Origin: Anaerolineae bacterium
Lineage (GTDB): Bacteria > Chloroflexota > Anaerolineae > UBA1429
Assembly: GCA_041685915.1 (NCBI GenBank)
Contig: JAWLEV010000004.1
Location: forward strand, 1 to 62,120
Length of the DNA stretch: 62,120 bases
Reading direction: 5' to 3'
A program made the translations under genes and the position numbers. The notes under the pieces were generated by a model. The model saw only the letters and a list, made by a program, of their open reading frames with translations, searched no databases and had not been told where the DNA came from. Positions 1 to 9,636 of this stretch are shown here, in pieces (the stretch's first letter is position 1; each line of letters opens with the position of its first letter).

Positions 1-1057
1 GGGCCAACGCCTTGGAGATCCCGGTATCATCGAAGCCTCGCAGTGTCCCCTGCTGGCGACGTTTCAGGATCTTGTCGGCTGATGTAGGCCCAATGCCGGG
101 GATGCGCAGGAGGCGTTCGCGGCTGGCCATGTTGACCTCTATGGGATACGCCTCGGGGTGGCGGCGGGCCCAGAGGAGTTTGGGATCGGCCCTTCGTGGC
201 AAGTGCCCCTCTTGGTCAAAGACGAGTTCCTCCACATCAAACTCGTACTGCCGCAGCAGAAAATCGGCCTGATACAGACGATGCTCGCGCCAGGTGGGTG
301 TCGCTGGGTGGTTATCCAAGGGGGTGTCCCTGATGGGTTGGAAGGCGCTATAGTACGCTCTGGCCAGATGCAGATTGCGATACAGCCAGGCCGCGCTGGC
401 GACAAGTTCTCGATCCGTCTCGTCGGCGGCGCCCACCACGAACTGGGTGGTCATGCTCACCCGACGATCCTGCTGGCGGCGGATCTCGTCCGCTTTCCGA
501 AGGGGGGTCAGGAGCTCCTGGTAAAAGTCCTTTTTACTGCTCAGGGCACCGACGCGCTGTGCGTTGGGGGCTTCTAGATTGACGGAGACACGATTTGCCA
601 TCTCGATGGCGGCCTCGATACTGGCGTCGTCGGCACCAGGCAGGATCTTGAGGTGAACGTAACCCCCGAAGTCGTATTTCTTGCGAACCATCTCCACTGT
701 GGCCAGCATCCGTTCCATGGCCTGGGACGCGTCGCCCCATATACCGGAACTGAGGAACAGTCCCTCCACTAGGTTTGCCCTGACCATCTCGTCAAAGGTC
801 CGCGCCAGTTCGTCCGAGGAGAAACTGACGCGCGGCGTATCCCGCCGGCTGCGGTTGGCGCAGTAGGCACAATCGTTGGCGCAGGCGTTGGTCTGTAGTA
901 CCTTGAGCATGGATACGCGCTTACCGTCCGGCCTCACCGCCGGATAGATCCAGCGGTCCATCTCGCTGCGATGGCGGGAACTGTCTGTCCCACATCCCCG
1001 ACAGATATCGTACTGGGCGGCACGCCCAAGTATCTCTACCTTTTGATCCCTATCCAT
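1..1057 (-). CDS. Putative DNA modification/repair radical SAM protein with C-terminal helix-hairpin-helix (3' end outside window)
   Basis: Not in ORF track because it runs off the edge. Manual translation from ATG at 1057: MDRDQKVEILGRAAQYDIC...LKVLQTNACANDCAYC (CxxxCxxC)...GLFLSSG...YVHLKILPG...REHRLYQADFLLRQY...LLRIPGIG; GGAGG RBS upstream. Confidence 0.9.
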   Translation of the reverse strand, partial: MDRDQKVEILGRAAQYDICRGCGTDSSRHRSEMDRWIYPAVRPDGKRVSMLKVLQTNACANDCAYCANRSRRDTPRVSFSSDELARTFDEMVRANLVEGLFLSSGIWGDASQAMERMLATVEMVRKKYDFGGYVHLKILPGADDASIEAAIEMANRVSVNLEAPNAQRVGALSSKKDFYQELLTPLRKADEIRRQQDRRVSMTTQFVVGAADETDRELVASAAWLYRNLHLARAYYSAFQPIRDTPLDNHPATPTWREHRLYQADFLLRQYEFDVEELVFDQEGHLPRRADPKLLWARRHPEAYPIEVNMASRERLLRIPGIGPTSADKILKRRQQGTLRGFDDTGISKALA

Positions 1058-1130
1058 ACTTGCCTCCCCTCGACGGCTTTCTACCGTCCTACAAGAGGGT
1101 ATGTCTACAGATGCTCCATCTTTTGCCCCT

Positions 1131-1159
1131 ATTATAGCACAAATGTTCTATTAGTACAA
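1131..1159 (-). promoter_or_regulatory. Sigma70-type promoter of the radical SAM gene with overlapping LexA-like box
   Basis: Minus strand TTGTAC-N17-TATAAT with TG extension; AGAAC-ATTT-GTGCT (1136-1149) is 1 mismatch from AGAAC-N4-GTTCT. Confidence 0.65.
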
Positions 1160-1214
1160 ACCACAGAGGAGATTATAATTGCACTCAAACTTTGCGTTGA
1201 AAGGAGCAGCGATC

Positions 1215-2114
1215 ATGTTTTTGCATGAGATGAGACGTGGGAACGAGGAAAAAGTTTTCGTCGAGACGATGTGCGAGGGCGCGCCTCATCGTGGCAAGGT
1301 GTTGGCAGCGGTACAGGCACATGCGGACGATATTCCCTTCTTCTGTGCTGGTACCGTCGCCAAGTTGGTCGCTGAGGGCTATACAGCGTACCTCATCCAG
1401 ACCACGAATGATGAAAAATGTGGTCCGATGAAGAGCATAGGAGAGACGGTCTTGAGTAACGAGGAGGAGGTGGAGGCCCTGGCCGAGACGTTGGATTTCG
1501 ACCAGGTCTTTAATTTGGGATACCGCAATCATCGCATGGATGCCGTCTCGCCCTTGGAGCTGCGGGCGCGGCTGATCTTTCTCTTTCGCCTGCTCCAGGT
1601 GGATACCGTCTTTACCTTTAATCCCTGGGGACATGGGGAGGAGAACCCCGACCACTATGTCACGGCTCAGGCTGTTGAGGCGGCCTGCTGGATGGCGGGC
1701 ATGGACAAGGACTATCCGGAACATTTCGCGGCGGGTCTGGAGCCCCATGCCGTACAGGAAAAGTATTACTGGGTGGCGCGGCCTGGGCAGCCCTACAATC
1801 GCGTGGTGGACATCTCGGACGTGATGGATCAAAAGATAGAGGCCATGAGCGTGAATAAATCCCAGGGGCCGGCCGGCTCCCAGGGCTCCCATCTCAAGGA
1901 GCGGCTGGCAGCGCGGGGCCTGTGTCTGCCGGAGCTCGGCGCCACCGACGAGGAGGCAGATCGCGCCTACATAGAGCTTTTCTGCCTGAATCCCTATCGT
2001 GATCTGGGCCAGCGGTACGGGCTGGAATACGCGGAGGTCTTTTTCCACGTCGGCCCCTCGCAGATGTCCAGAGTCGAGGACTATGTGGAGGAGCACGCCG
2101 TTCCCCTGGAATAG
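1215..2114 (+). CDS. PIG-L/LmbE family deacetylase
   Basis: AHADD and NPDH motifs; AAGGAG RBS before ATG 1215. Confidence 0.85.
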   Translation: MFLHEMRRGNEEKVFVETMCEGAPHRGKVLAAVQAHADDIPFFCAGTVAKLVAEGYTAYLIQTTNDEKCGPMKSIGETVLSNEEEVEALAETLDFDQVFNLGYRNHRMDAVSPLELRARLIFLFRLLQVDTVFTFNPWGHGEENPDHYVTAQAVEAACWMAGMDKDYPEHFAAGLEPHAVQEKYYWVARPGQPYNRVVDISDVMDQKIEAMSVNKSQGPAGSQGSHLKERLAARGLCLPELGATDEEADRAYIELFCLNPYRDLGQRYGLEYAEVFFHVGPSQMSRVEDYVEEHAVPLE

Positions 2115-2135
2115 GGGACGTTATATTTGTTGGCC

Positions 2136-2453
2136 CTAGGTGAGAAGATATTGGAGCAGGGCGTAACTGAGCATGCCGGATAGCATGGTCAGTATCATAC
2201 TCCTGGTGCGCCAGGCCACGAGAAAGGCGGGCAGGGCGGCCAGGAGTTCGACATTTGTCCAGGACAGGTTGATGTGGTTTTCCTGTACCAGCAAAGTCTG
2301 GGTCAGGGAGGCGGCCAGGATGGCTCCCGGTATCAGGCGCAGCCACTCCTTGGCCCAGTCGGGTAGTTCGATCCGCGTCAGTACGGCGAACGGGATAAAG
2401 CGCCAGGCAAAGGTGCCCAGAGCCAGGGCCAGGATCAGCCACGTGGTTGCCAT
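2136..2453 (-). CDS. azlD: AzlD-family branched-chain amino acid export small subunit
   Basis: 105-aa hydrophobic C-terminal part of ORF 2136..3410 (GTFAWRFIPF...IPGAILAA...AWRTRS), overlapping azlC. Confidence 0.85.
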   Translation of the reverse strand: MATTWLILALALGTFAWRFIPFAVLTRIELPDWAKEWLRLIPGAILAASLTQTLLVQENHINLSWTNVELLAALPAFLVAWRTRSMILTMLSGMLSYALLQYLLT

Positions 2454-3109
2454 TGTTTCCATATAACTCCCAGGGTGACGGCGATCAGCGTGGCTACGAG
2501 GGGGCTCCATGTGCTTGGCAACAGGGGCAGCAGGATCAGGCTCAGCAGGGCGGCGAGACCAGAGATGGCGATGCTGAGACAGTCTTGGATGAGGAGGAAC
2601 AGGAGGCAGATCAGGCTGGCCGGCAGGGCATATTCCAGACCCAGGCCGGTGGGGAGTTGCGTGCCAAATCCCAGCCCCAGGGCCGTGGTCATCTGCCACG
2701 TGATAAAGATTGCCAGACCAGAGCCCACGACAAAGAGGGGATCGCCCGTTCGTTTCTCGAAAGCGGCGACACTCACGGCAAAACTCTCGTCCGTGAGCAG
2801 GTGGGCCATGGGAATATAAAGGACGCGGGGCATGTCGTCCAGATGCGCGGCCAGACTGGCGCTCATGAGAACCATGCGCATGTTGATCAATAGCCCCGTG
2901 ATCAGCACGGCGAAGTGGCCTGCCCCCTGGCTCAGCATGCTGGCGGTGACGAATTGGGCCGTCCCGGCAAACACGGTGACGGACATGAGCGAGGCCTGCC
3001 AGGGCATCATGGCTTCTCCTGCGACCGTGCCATAGGCGATGCCAAAGGGCGCCACGCCCAGGGCCAGGGGTAACGTCGCCCGCACGCCATCCGTTAGCCG
3101 TTGCCACAT
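2435..3109 (-). CDS. azlC: AzlC-family branched-chain amino acid export permease
   Basis: VFAGTAQF, INMR, LTDESFA motifs. Confidence 0.9.
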   Translation of the reverse strand: MWQRLTDGVRATLPLALGVAPFGIAYGTVAGEAMMPWQASLMSVTVFAGTAQFVTASMLSQGAGHFAVLITGLLINMRMVLMSASLAAHLDDMPRVLYIPMAHLLTDESFAVSVAAFEKRTGDPLFVVGSGLAIFITWQMTTALGLGFGTQLPTGLGLEYALPASLICLLFLLIQDCLSIAISGLAALLSLILLPLLPSTWSPLVATLIAVTLGVIWKQWQPRG

Positions 3110-3318
3110 AAAAATTCGACTCGTAAACGCGATATAGTGGATTGATCGTCAGATAGCATAGTGCAGACGTCGCTGTCCTCAAAATTTGTCCAGACGGTCG
3201 TGTGCATTTGTGGTTCGCACTGAGAGGCTTTGTCGGGTTCGGTGTCTGTGCATATAATGGGGGATGTGTCCTGGTGAATCTGGACAGTAGCACACGTGAT
3301 GTATGAAATGGGAGCAAA

Positions 3319-5397
3319 ATGAAAGAGATAGCAGTGAACGTGGAACGTTTTGCGCCGTTACATGGTTGGGTTAATCGTATCCTGCGCGTCGATCTCTCCG
3401 ACGGGTCCATAGAGGTGGAGCCGTCGGAGCCATATGTCCCCGATTATCTGGGTGGTCGTGGCCTGGCCGCGCGCATAGCCTGGGAAGACTATCCCGAGCC
3501 TGTGGATGCCCTGTCCCCCGAGAATCCCCTCATGGTCATGGCAGGGGCCCTCACAGGGACGGTGTCTCCCTATTCTGGCCGCGCGGCGATATGTGGTTTC
3601 AGTCCCCAGGCCTATCCGTACAACTGGTTCACGCGGGCCAATATCGGGGCCCAGTGGGGCGCCGAACTGAAAAGAGCCGGCTACGACGGCATCATCGTCA
3701 CCGGCGCCAGCGAGATGCCGGTGCAGATCGTAATTCGCGATGACGAGGTGCGTATCGCGCCGGCCGATCACCTGTGGGGCCTCGATACCTACGAGACGAT
3801 GGAGGCCCTTGAGGATGAGGTGGATCCCCGCGTCAAGCCCCTGATCATCGGCCCCGCAGGGGAGCGCCTCAGTCGCATCGCCACGATACATGCGGCCACC
3901 TCCTCGGCGGCGGGGCAGGGAGGCTTTGGTGCCGTCATGGGTTCAAAAAAACTGAAAGCCATCTCTGTGGTGGGTAGCGGACGCGTGTCGGTGGCCCATA
4001 AGGAAGAGTTTCGCGATTTCGTCGGTGCTGTGCGCGATGAACTGCGTCCCAATCGCCCGTTGCGCGACCTGGAATCCACGAATGAGAAGTTGCAGTCGGA
4101 TCGGGGTGGGCGCGTGCGTCACTATGCCTGCACGGCCTCCTGTCCCACGCCCTGCAATCGCTACTATACCAATATGCCTGGCGTGGCTCATCCGGAGCGC
4201 ACCTACGAGGGGCATATGGCCTGTGTGGGAGGGTGTTTCCCGGGGCAATCGGAGGATGGTCCTATATCCTACGGGGGGCTCTACGATTGGAAGTTAGGCC
4301 TCTATGGGGGGTTCGAGATGAACGTGCTCAGCAATCGCTATGGATTGAACCAGTGGGATCTCATCGTGAGTATGGTACCCTGGTTGGAGCGCTGCCAGAA
4401 CGCCAGTCTTATCGATGAGATGAACGGTATGCCCATGGATTGGCAGGATCCCGAGTTCTGGGCCGAATTTCTCCATGCTATCGCCTATCGCGAGGGGATG
4501 GGCGATGCTTTGGCCGAGGGCGGTCTGCGCGCCTCGGAGGAATTGGGCATGGGACAGGGCTTTGCGCGGCGCTACTATACCGGCTGGGGATACGGGGGCC
4601 ATTGGGATGCCCACGCCTGCTGGTTGAACTATCTCGTCTTTCCTTACTGGCTGGTGTCCACATTGCAGTGGTCCACGGACACGCGGGATCCCTATAGCAG
4701 CAGCCATGGCTATGTGCAGAATATCATGCGCTGGGCGCCCCTGGCCATTCGCCAGCGGCGCGACGTGGAGGTGACCTGGGATCACATTCGGGGCATCAGC
4801 GAGCGCGTCTATGGCAGTGCCGAGGCCCTGGATCCCGAGAGTGGTTATAAGGAAAAGGCCTATCCGGCCTACTATCACGACAAGCGCTCGGTGATGAAGG
4901 ATTGCGTACCCACCGACGATCAGGTCTTCCCTCTCATTTATAGCGTCACCACCGAGGATCGCTTTTTCCGCGTCGGCGATGTGGAAGGTCCCTCTGTGGA
5001 CTATCATCTGTTCCGTCTGGGAACGGGCACCGAGTGGAGCGAAGAGGAATTTGAGGGGGCAGCGGAGCGTGTCTACACCCTGGAGCGGGCTCTGTGCGTC
5101 CGCCACTGGGGACGCGACCGCGCCATGGACGACAGCGTCCTGTCCTCCTTTACCTATGAGGAGAATTGGGAGAACCCCGTTCTCGGCGAAAAACATGCCC
5201 TGGATCGCGAAAAGATAGCGCCGGTTCGGCAAGAGTACTATCGTCATCTGGGATGGGATCCGGACACTGGCCGTCCGACGCGCAAGCGTCTGTGCGATCT
5301 GGATCTGGAAGACATCTACGAGCCCATGGTGTCGGGGGCCGAGGACGCGGAGGAGAGGCGAGCCGAATGGCCGGAATGGCCGCCTCCTGAGGTGTAG
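3319..5397 (+). CDS. Aldehyde:ferredoxin oxidoreductase family (W/Mo-pterin) protein
   Basis: N-terminal ILRVDLS, YLGGRGLA, IGPAGE, GFGAVMGSKKLKAI; Cys cluster CTASCPTPC; C-terminal YY..LGWD..TGRPT. Confidence 0.9.
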   Translation: MKEIAVNVERFAPLHGWVNRILRVDLSDGSIEVEPSEPYVPDYLGGRGLAARIAWEDYPEPVDALSPENPLMVMAGALTGTVSPYSGRAAICGFSPQAYPYNWFTRANIGAQWGAELKRAGYDGIIVTGASEMPVQIVIRDDEVRIAPADHLWGLDTYETMEALEDEVDPRVKPLIIGPAGERLSRIATIHAATSSAAGQGGFGAVMGSKKLKAISVVGSGRVSVAHKEEFRDFVGAVRDELRPNRPLRDLESTNEKLQSDRGGRVRHYACTASCPTPCNRYYTNMPGVAHPERTYEGHMACVGGCFPGQSEDGPISYGGLYDWKLGLYGGFEMNVLSNRYGLNQWDLIVSMVPWLERCQNASLIDEMNGMPMDWQDPEFWAEFLHAIAYREGMGDALAEGGLRASEELGMGQGFARRYYTGWGYGGHWDAHACWLNYLVFPYWLVSTLQWSTDTRDPYSSSHGYVQNIMRWAPLAIRQRRDVEVTWDHIRGISERVYGSAEALDPESGYKEKAYPAYYHDKRSVMKDCVPTDDQVFPLIYSVTTEDRFFRVGDVEGPSVDYHLFRLGTGTEWSEEEFEGAAERVYTLERALCVRHWGRDRAMDDSVLSSFTYEENWENPVLGEKHALDREKIAPVRQEYYRHLGWDPDTGRPTRKRLCDLDLEDIYEPMVSGAEDAEERRAEWPEWPPPEV

Positions 5398-5453
5398 AAT
5401 ATGACACTGCGGAAGGCGTGACGATAAGATTTTCGTCGGACAGGGAGAGGGCT

Positions 5454-6476
5454 GTGATCGTTTTCAAAGATTTCAGGAGGGCCAGGGGGGGCTTGTGCTT
5501 GCTCCTGGCCCTTGTTCTGATCGCGACCTGTGCCTGTGCGGGACCTTTTGCCAGAAAAGGTCCGACGCCTACCACGACGCCGTCGGCAACGCCTCCCGCC
5601 ACCCCTACGCCCTCTTTTACCCCGACGGCGACATACACTCCCTCGCCTACTCCCACAGAGACACCCTCTCCCACGCCGTTGCCCTTGCAGGCGAAGGTGG
5701 ATCTGGAGCAGTCCGAGGTGATGCAGGGGCGTACCACCGTCGTGTGGGTGCGGACGAACCTTCCCAGTCACGTATGGGGAAGTGTCGATAGTCGTGCCCT
5801 TCAATTCGTCTCTGTGAGTGACCTGGAGCATTATTGCCTTGTGGGAATGCAGGCCCTGGATCAGTTGGGCGCCCATCCCTTGAAGGTGGTGGCCCAGGCG
5901 GGGGATGATCGGCAGGTGACCCTCCGGACGTCGCTGCGCGTGATGTCTGGGAACTATGAGCGCGAGACGATCCACTTCACACCAGAGGTGGCCGAATTAT
6001 TGGATCCCAAATACACCCGTCCCGAGCGATTGCGTCTGGCCGAGGTGTATGCGACATTCACGCCGCAGGCTCATTGGGAATCCCCTTTTGCCTGGCCCTG
6101 TGAGGGAGCCATCACATCCCATTTTGGCACCAGGCGGCAGTACGGGGGGGAGATACAGTCCTATCACGCCGGTATCGACATGCGCGGGGCGACTGGCGAT
6201 CCCTTTTGTGCACCCGCCCCGGGTGTGGTGGTCCTGGCCGAGGTGCTGAAGGTGCGTGGGGGAGCGGTGATCCTCGATCACGGCGCCGGTGTACTCAGTG
6301 GATTCTACCACCTTGATAGTGTTGATGTGGAGGTGGGCCAGTCTGTGGCGCAAGGGGATGTTCTGGGAGAGATTGGATCGACCGGATTATCCACGGGATC
6401 GCATCTGCATTGGGAACTACGCGTGGGGGGCGTGGCCGTGGATCCCGGCGAGTGGACGGAGCGCCAATTCCCGTGA
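5454..6476 (+). CDS. M23 family metallopeptidase with signal peptide and Thr/Pro linker
   Basis: ITSHFG, HAGID, TGSHLHWE motifs; start GTG 5454 chosen for RBS (5418 alternative). Confidence 0.85.
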   Translation: MIVFKDFRRARGGLCLLLALVLIATCACAGPFARKGPTPTTTPSATPPATPTPSFTPTATYTPSPTPTETPSPTPLPLQAKVDLEQSEVMQGRTTVVWVRTNLPSHVWGSVDSRALQFVSVSDLEHYCLVGMQALDQLGAHPLKVVAQAGDDRQVTLRTSLRVMSGNYERETIHFTPEVAELLDPKYTRPERLRLAEVYATFTPQAHWESPFAWPCEGAITSHFGTRRQYGGEIQSYHAGIDMRGATGDPFCAPAPGVVVLAEVLKVRGGAVILDHGAGVLSGFYHLDSVDVEVGQSVAQGDVLGEIGSTGLSTGSHLHWELRVGGVAVDPGEWTERQFP

Positions 6477-6506
6477 TGAGGTGCAGGAAGGAGGTATATC
6501 CTTGCG

Positions 6507-7253
6507 ATGAGCACGTTTTATGCTGAAAGGCCGTTGATCATTGCCCATCGTGGTGCCAGCGCCGTGGCGCCGGAGAATACCCTGGCAGCGTTTGAAGCGG
6601 CCGTGGAGGCGGGGGCCGATGGTGTGGAATTGGACGTGATGCGGTGTCGCAGCGGGGAGTTGGTGGTCGTGCACGATGATACGGTGGATCGCACGACGGA
6701 TGGGTCGGGATTGGTGCGCACCATCTCGAAGGATAGCCTGCGCATGCTGGACGCAGGCTCCTGGTTTGGCCTCGAGTACGCCGGACAGCGCATCCCCACA
6801 CTGGAGGAAGCGTTGGCTTTTGTGGAGAGGGGCATCAGGTTGAATATAGAGATCAAGAGCCAGATGCTCCGCAGCGAAGGGTTGGAGGAGGAGATCGCCG
6901 ATATGATTCGCGCCCAGAGGTGCGAGGATAGGGTACTCATTTCTTCTTTCAATCCTCTTGTTCTCATGCGCATGAAAGACGTTGCCCCAGAACTTCAACG
7001 TGGATTGCTGTACGCGCCGGGATCCCTTCGCTCTTCCCCTCGCATATGGCGACATTTTGTACAGCCTCAGGCCCTGCATCCCCATCACAATGTGGTAGAT
7101 GAGGAATACATACACTGGGCGAGAGACAATGGCTACCGCGTCAACGTATGGACGGTAAACGAGGCGGCAAGGATGCGCGAGATGACGGCCCTTGGCGTCG
7201 ACGGTATCATCACGGATCATCCGGCCCGGCTGCGGCGGCTCTTATATTCGTGA
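6507..7253 (+). CDS. Glycerophosphodiester phosphodiesterase
   Basis: IAHRGAS..APENT, ELDV, HD, WTVN, GIITD motifs. Confidence 0.93.
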   Translation: MSTFYAERPLIIAHRGASAVAPENTLAAFEAAVEAGADGVELDVMRCRSGELVVVHDDTVDRTTDGSGLVRTISKDSLRMLDAGSWFGLEYAGQRIPTLEEALAFVERGIRLNIEIKSQMLRSEGLEEEIADMIRAQRCEDRVLISSFNPLVLMRMKDVAPELQRGLLYAPGSLRSSPRIWRHFVQPQALHPHHNVVDEEYIHWARDNGYRVNVWTVNEAARMREMTALGVDGIITDHPARLRRLLYS

Positions 7254-7274
7254 AAGCGGTCGATACGTCCCCCT

Positions 7275-8576
7275 TTAGTGGAGGGGAAAGGCGCGACAGA
7301 GTTCCAGGGCCCGTTCGCCCACCCTTTGTAGAGTTTCCGGATCGTCCGCGTTGTGTATGATCTGGAGGATGAGGTCCGCCACTTCCTCCATCTCCTCCTC
7401 GCCAAAGCCACGGGTGGTCACGGCGGGCGTTCCCAGACGGATGCCGCTCGTCACCCGGGCGGGGAGGGGATCGAAGGGAATACGATTCTTGTTGCAGATG
7501 ACGTTGGCCTCTTCCAACAAGTTCTGGACTTTTCGTCCCGTCAGATCGTGGGGTGCTAGATCGACCAGCATGAGATGGTTGTCCGTGCCCCCGGATACCA
7601 AGCGGAGCCCCTCCTCAGCCAGTGCCTCGGCCAGCGTCTGGGCGTTGCGTACGATCTGGCGCTGATAGTGGTCGAATTCGGGTGCCAGGGCCTCGCCAAA
7701 GGCCACCGCCTTGGCCGCTATGACGTGCATCAGGGGACCGCCCTGGGTGCCCGGGAAGACGGCCCTGTCGATGGCCCTGGACAGGTTCTCTTTGCAGAGG
7801 ATCAGTCCCCCGCGGGGGCCGCGCAGGGTCTTGTGCGTCGTCGCTGTCACGATATCCGCAAACGGTATGGGGCTGGGATGAACGCCAGCCGCGATCAGGC
7901 CAGCGATGTGGGCCATGTCGACCATGAGATACGCGCCCACGTCGTCGGCGATCCTCCGCAGGCGAGCAAAGTCGATGGTGCGGGGATAGGCGCTGGCACC
8001 GGCCACGATCAGTTTGGGCCCAAAGTTTCGGGCTTGGGAGGCCAGATCATCATAATCGATGCATTCCGTGTCGCGCCGCACGCCATAGTGGGCGAAATCG
8101 TACAGTTGGCCGGAGAAGCTTAGTTTATGTCCGTGGGTTAGGTGGCCTCCGTGGGCCAGGCTCATGGCCAGGACCCGGTCACCGGGATCGAGGATGGCCA
8201 TATAGGCCGCCGCGTTGGCCTGGGAGCCCGAGTGGGGCTGAACGTTCACGTGATCGGCGTCGAATAGTTTTTTGGCCCGCTGGATGGCCAGGTTTTCTAC
8301 GACATCCACGTATTGACATCCGCCATAGTAGCGTTGTTCGGGATATCCTTCGGCATACTTGTTTGTGAACAGCGTTCCCTGAGCCGCGCGCACGGCCTGG
8401 CTGGCATAGTTCTCGGAGGCGATGAGGTTGATGGTCTCCTCTGCTCGCCCTCTTTCGCCTCCCAGCGCCTGGGCGACGGACGGGTCAACATCATGCAACA
8501 GTTCATATATCGCAGTATGGGGTTCACATGGATCGTCAGCCAGAACGTCCAAAGCCCCTTTCGTATAATCGGACAT
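7275..8576 (-). CDS. glyA: Serine hydroxymethyltransferase
   Basis: [42 protein letters not shown]; GGAGG RBS before ATG 8576. Confidence 0.97.
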   Translation of the reverse strand: MSDYTKGALDVLADDPCEPHTAIYELLHDVDPSVAQALGGERGRAEETINLIASENYASQAVRAAQGTLFTNKYAEGYPEQRYYGGCQYVDVVENLAIQRAKKLFDADHVNVQPHSGSQANAAAYMAILDPGDRVLAMSLAHGGHLTHGHKLSFSGQLYDFAHYGVRRDTECIDYDDLASQARNFGPKLIVAGASAYPRTIDFARLRRIADDVGAYLMVDMAHIAGLIAAGVHPSPIPFADIVTATTHKTLRGPRGGLILCKENLSRAIDRAVFPGTQGGPLMHVIAAKAVAFGEALAPEFDHYQRQIVRNAQTLAEALAEEGLRLVSGGTDNHLMLVDLAPHDLTGRKVQNLLEEANVICNKNRIPFDPLPARVTSGIRLGTPAVTTRGFGEEEMEEVADLILQIIHNADDPETLQRVGERALELCRAFPLH

Positions 8577-8588
8577 TCTTACCTCCAC

Positions 8589-8626
8589 AAAAAAAAAGTG
8601 CCCTGGCCCATGCAGACCCAGGACAC
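8589..8626 (-). terminator. Intrinsic terminator/attenuator immediately upstream of glyA RBS
   Basis: Minus strand GTGTCCTGG...CCAGGGCAC stem followed by T9. Confidence 0.8.
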
Positions 8627-8769
8627 AATCGGATTCCTGCAAATGTGCTAGATCATAACTGTGCTGGGACTGCCTCCTCCTCGAGGTTTGCCTTCCGGGA
8701 AGTTGAGGGATCAGTCACTAACGGAAAGACACACATAAGAATATATACCGAGTATTCGTCGCAGACAAA

Positions 8770-9621
8770 TCATCGTTCTCTCTCGATCTTATGCGACGGT
8801 AAAGTGAATCGGCGGAGGCGGCGTTTCTGCCATGTCCAGAGCAGGCCAGCGACGAGCACGAGAAGCAGGCCCGAAAGGGCGGTCCATCCCGTGCGCAGCC
8901 ACTTCCATATCCTCCACACGGAGGGCTGGTCCGACCCCGCAGGAAAATGGTCCTTCGGCGGAGGGGGTACCATCGTGGCCGTGGGTTCGGGCGGCCTGGG
9001 TGGCGTTGCCGTGGGCGTTTCAGGCATGGCTGCAGCGGAAGCGCTTGGTGTCTCCGATGCTTTCGGTGCTGGTTCCCCCTCCAACATTTCGACCTCGGGT
9101 TCTAGCCCTTCTGGAGTGGCCTCTTCCGTTGCACGTTCCGCCGCCGCAGGGGCTTCTTTTTCCGTGACTTTTTCTTCCCAGGGCGAGGGGGATGGAGTGT
9201 GAACCTCCTCTTGAGGAACCTCGGCCATCTCCACCTGAATATCTTGCGGTGCTTTTGTGGTTCGACCAGGTAGGGAGATGAATCCCTGGCTGATCGCCAG
9301 GTCGCCTGAGAGGAACAATATCAACAGCAGGGATACCACAGCTGTGGCCGTTCCGAGCGCCGTGTGCATCCTGCTCCAGAAACGGTACCGCTCTCGCTCC
9401 TTCTCGACCGAGGCTGGCAGTTCAAAGGAACGGGGTAGCGGAATGGCGGGAACGGCGTGCAGTAGCTCTACGGTGCTGCGAAGCGTCTCGAGTTCCTCCT
9501 GACAACGGGAGCATTCGGCGAGATGGCGCTCCACGCGCTCTCTTTCCCTAATAGTCAGCTGCCCATCCAGGTAGGTGGATAGATTCTTTTGTGTGAACCT
9601 GTGATCGAGGCGAAAGCCCAT
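8770..9621 (-). CDS. Zinc-finger (zf-HC2) anti-sigma factor with two TM segments
   Basis: LSTYLDG..HLAECSRC (HxxxCxxC); downstream of ECF sigma. Confidence 0.85.
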   Translation of the reverse strand: MGFRLDHRFTQKNLSTYLDGQLTIRERERVERHLAECSRCQEELETLRSTVELLHAVPAIPLPRSFELPASVEKERERYRFWSRMHTALGTATAVVSLLLILFLSGDLAISQGFISLPGRTTKAPQDIQVEMAEVPQEEVHTPSPSPWEEKVTEKEAPAAAERATEEATPEGLEPEVEMLEGEPAPKASETPSASAAAMPETPTATPPRPPEPTATMVPPPPKDHFPAGSDQPSVWRIWKWLRTGWTALSGLLLVLVAGLLWTWQKRRLRRFTLPSHKIERER

Positions 9622-9636
9622 CTTTTAGTATCCTGT

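Noticed and set aside
2454-3410. 424-aa ORF 2136..3410 as a single protein
   Set aside because: The N-terminal part is an alternate frame over azlC; only the last 105 aa resemble AzlD.
5560-5685. Low-complexity Thr/Pro-coding repeats (also in LysM, anti-sigma and TolB-like genes)
   Set aside because: Ordinary flexible linkers of secreted proteins, not DNA-level repeat arrays.
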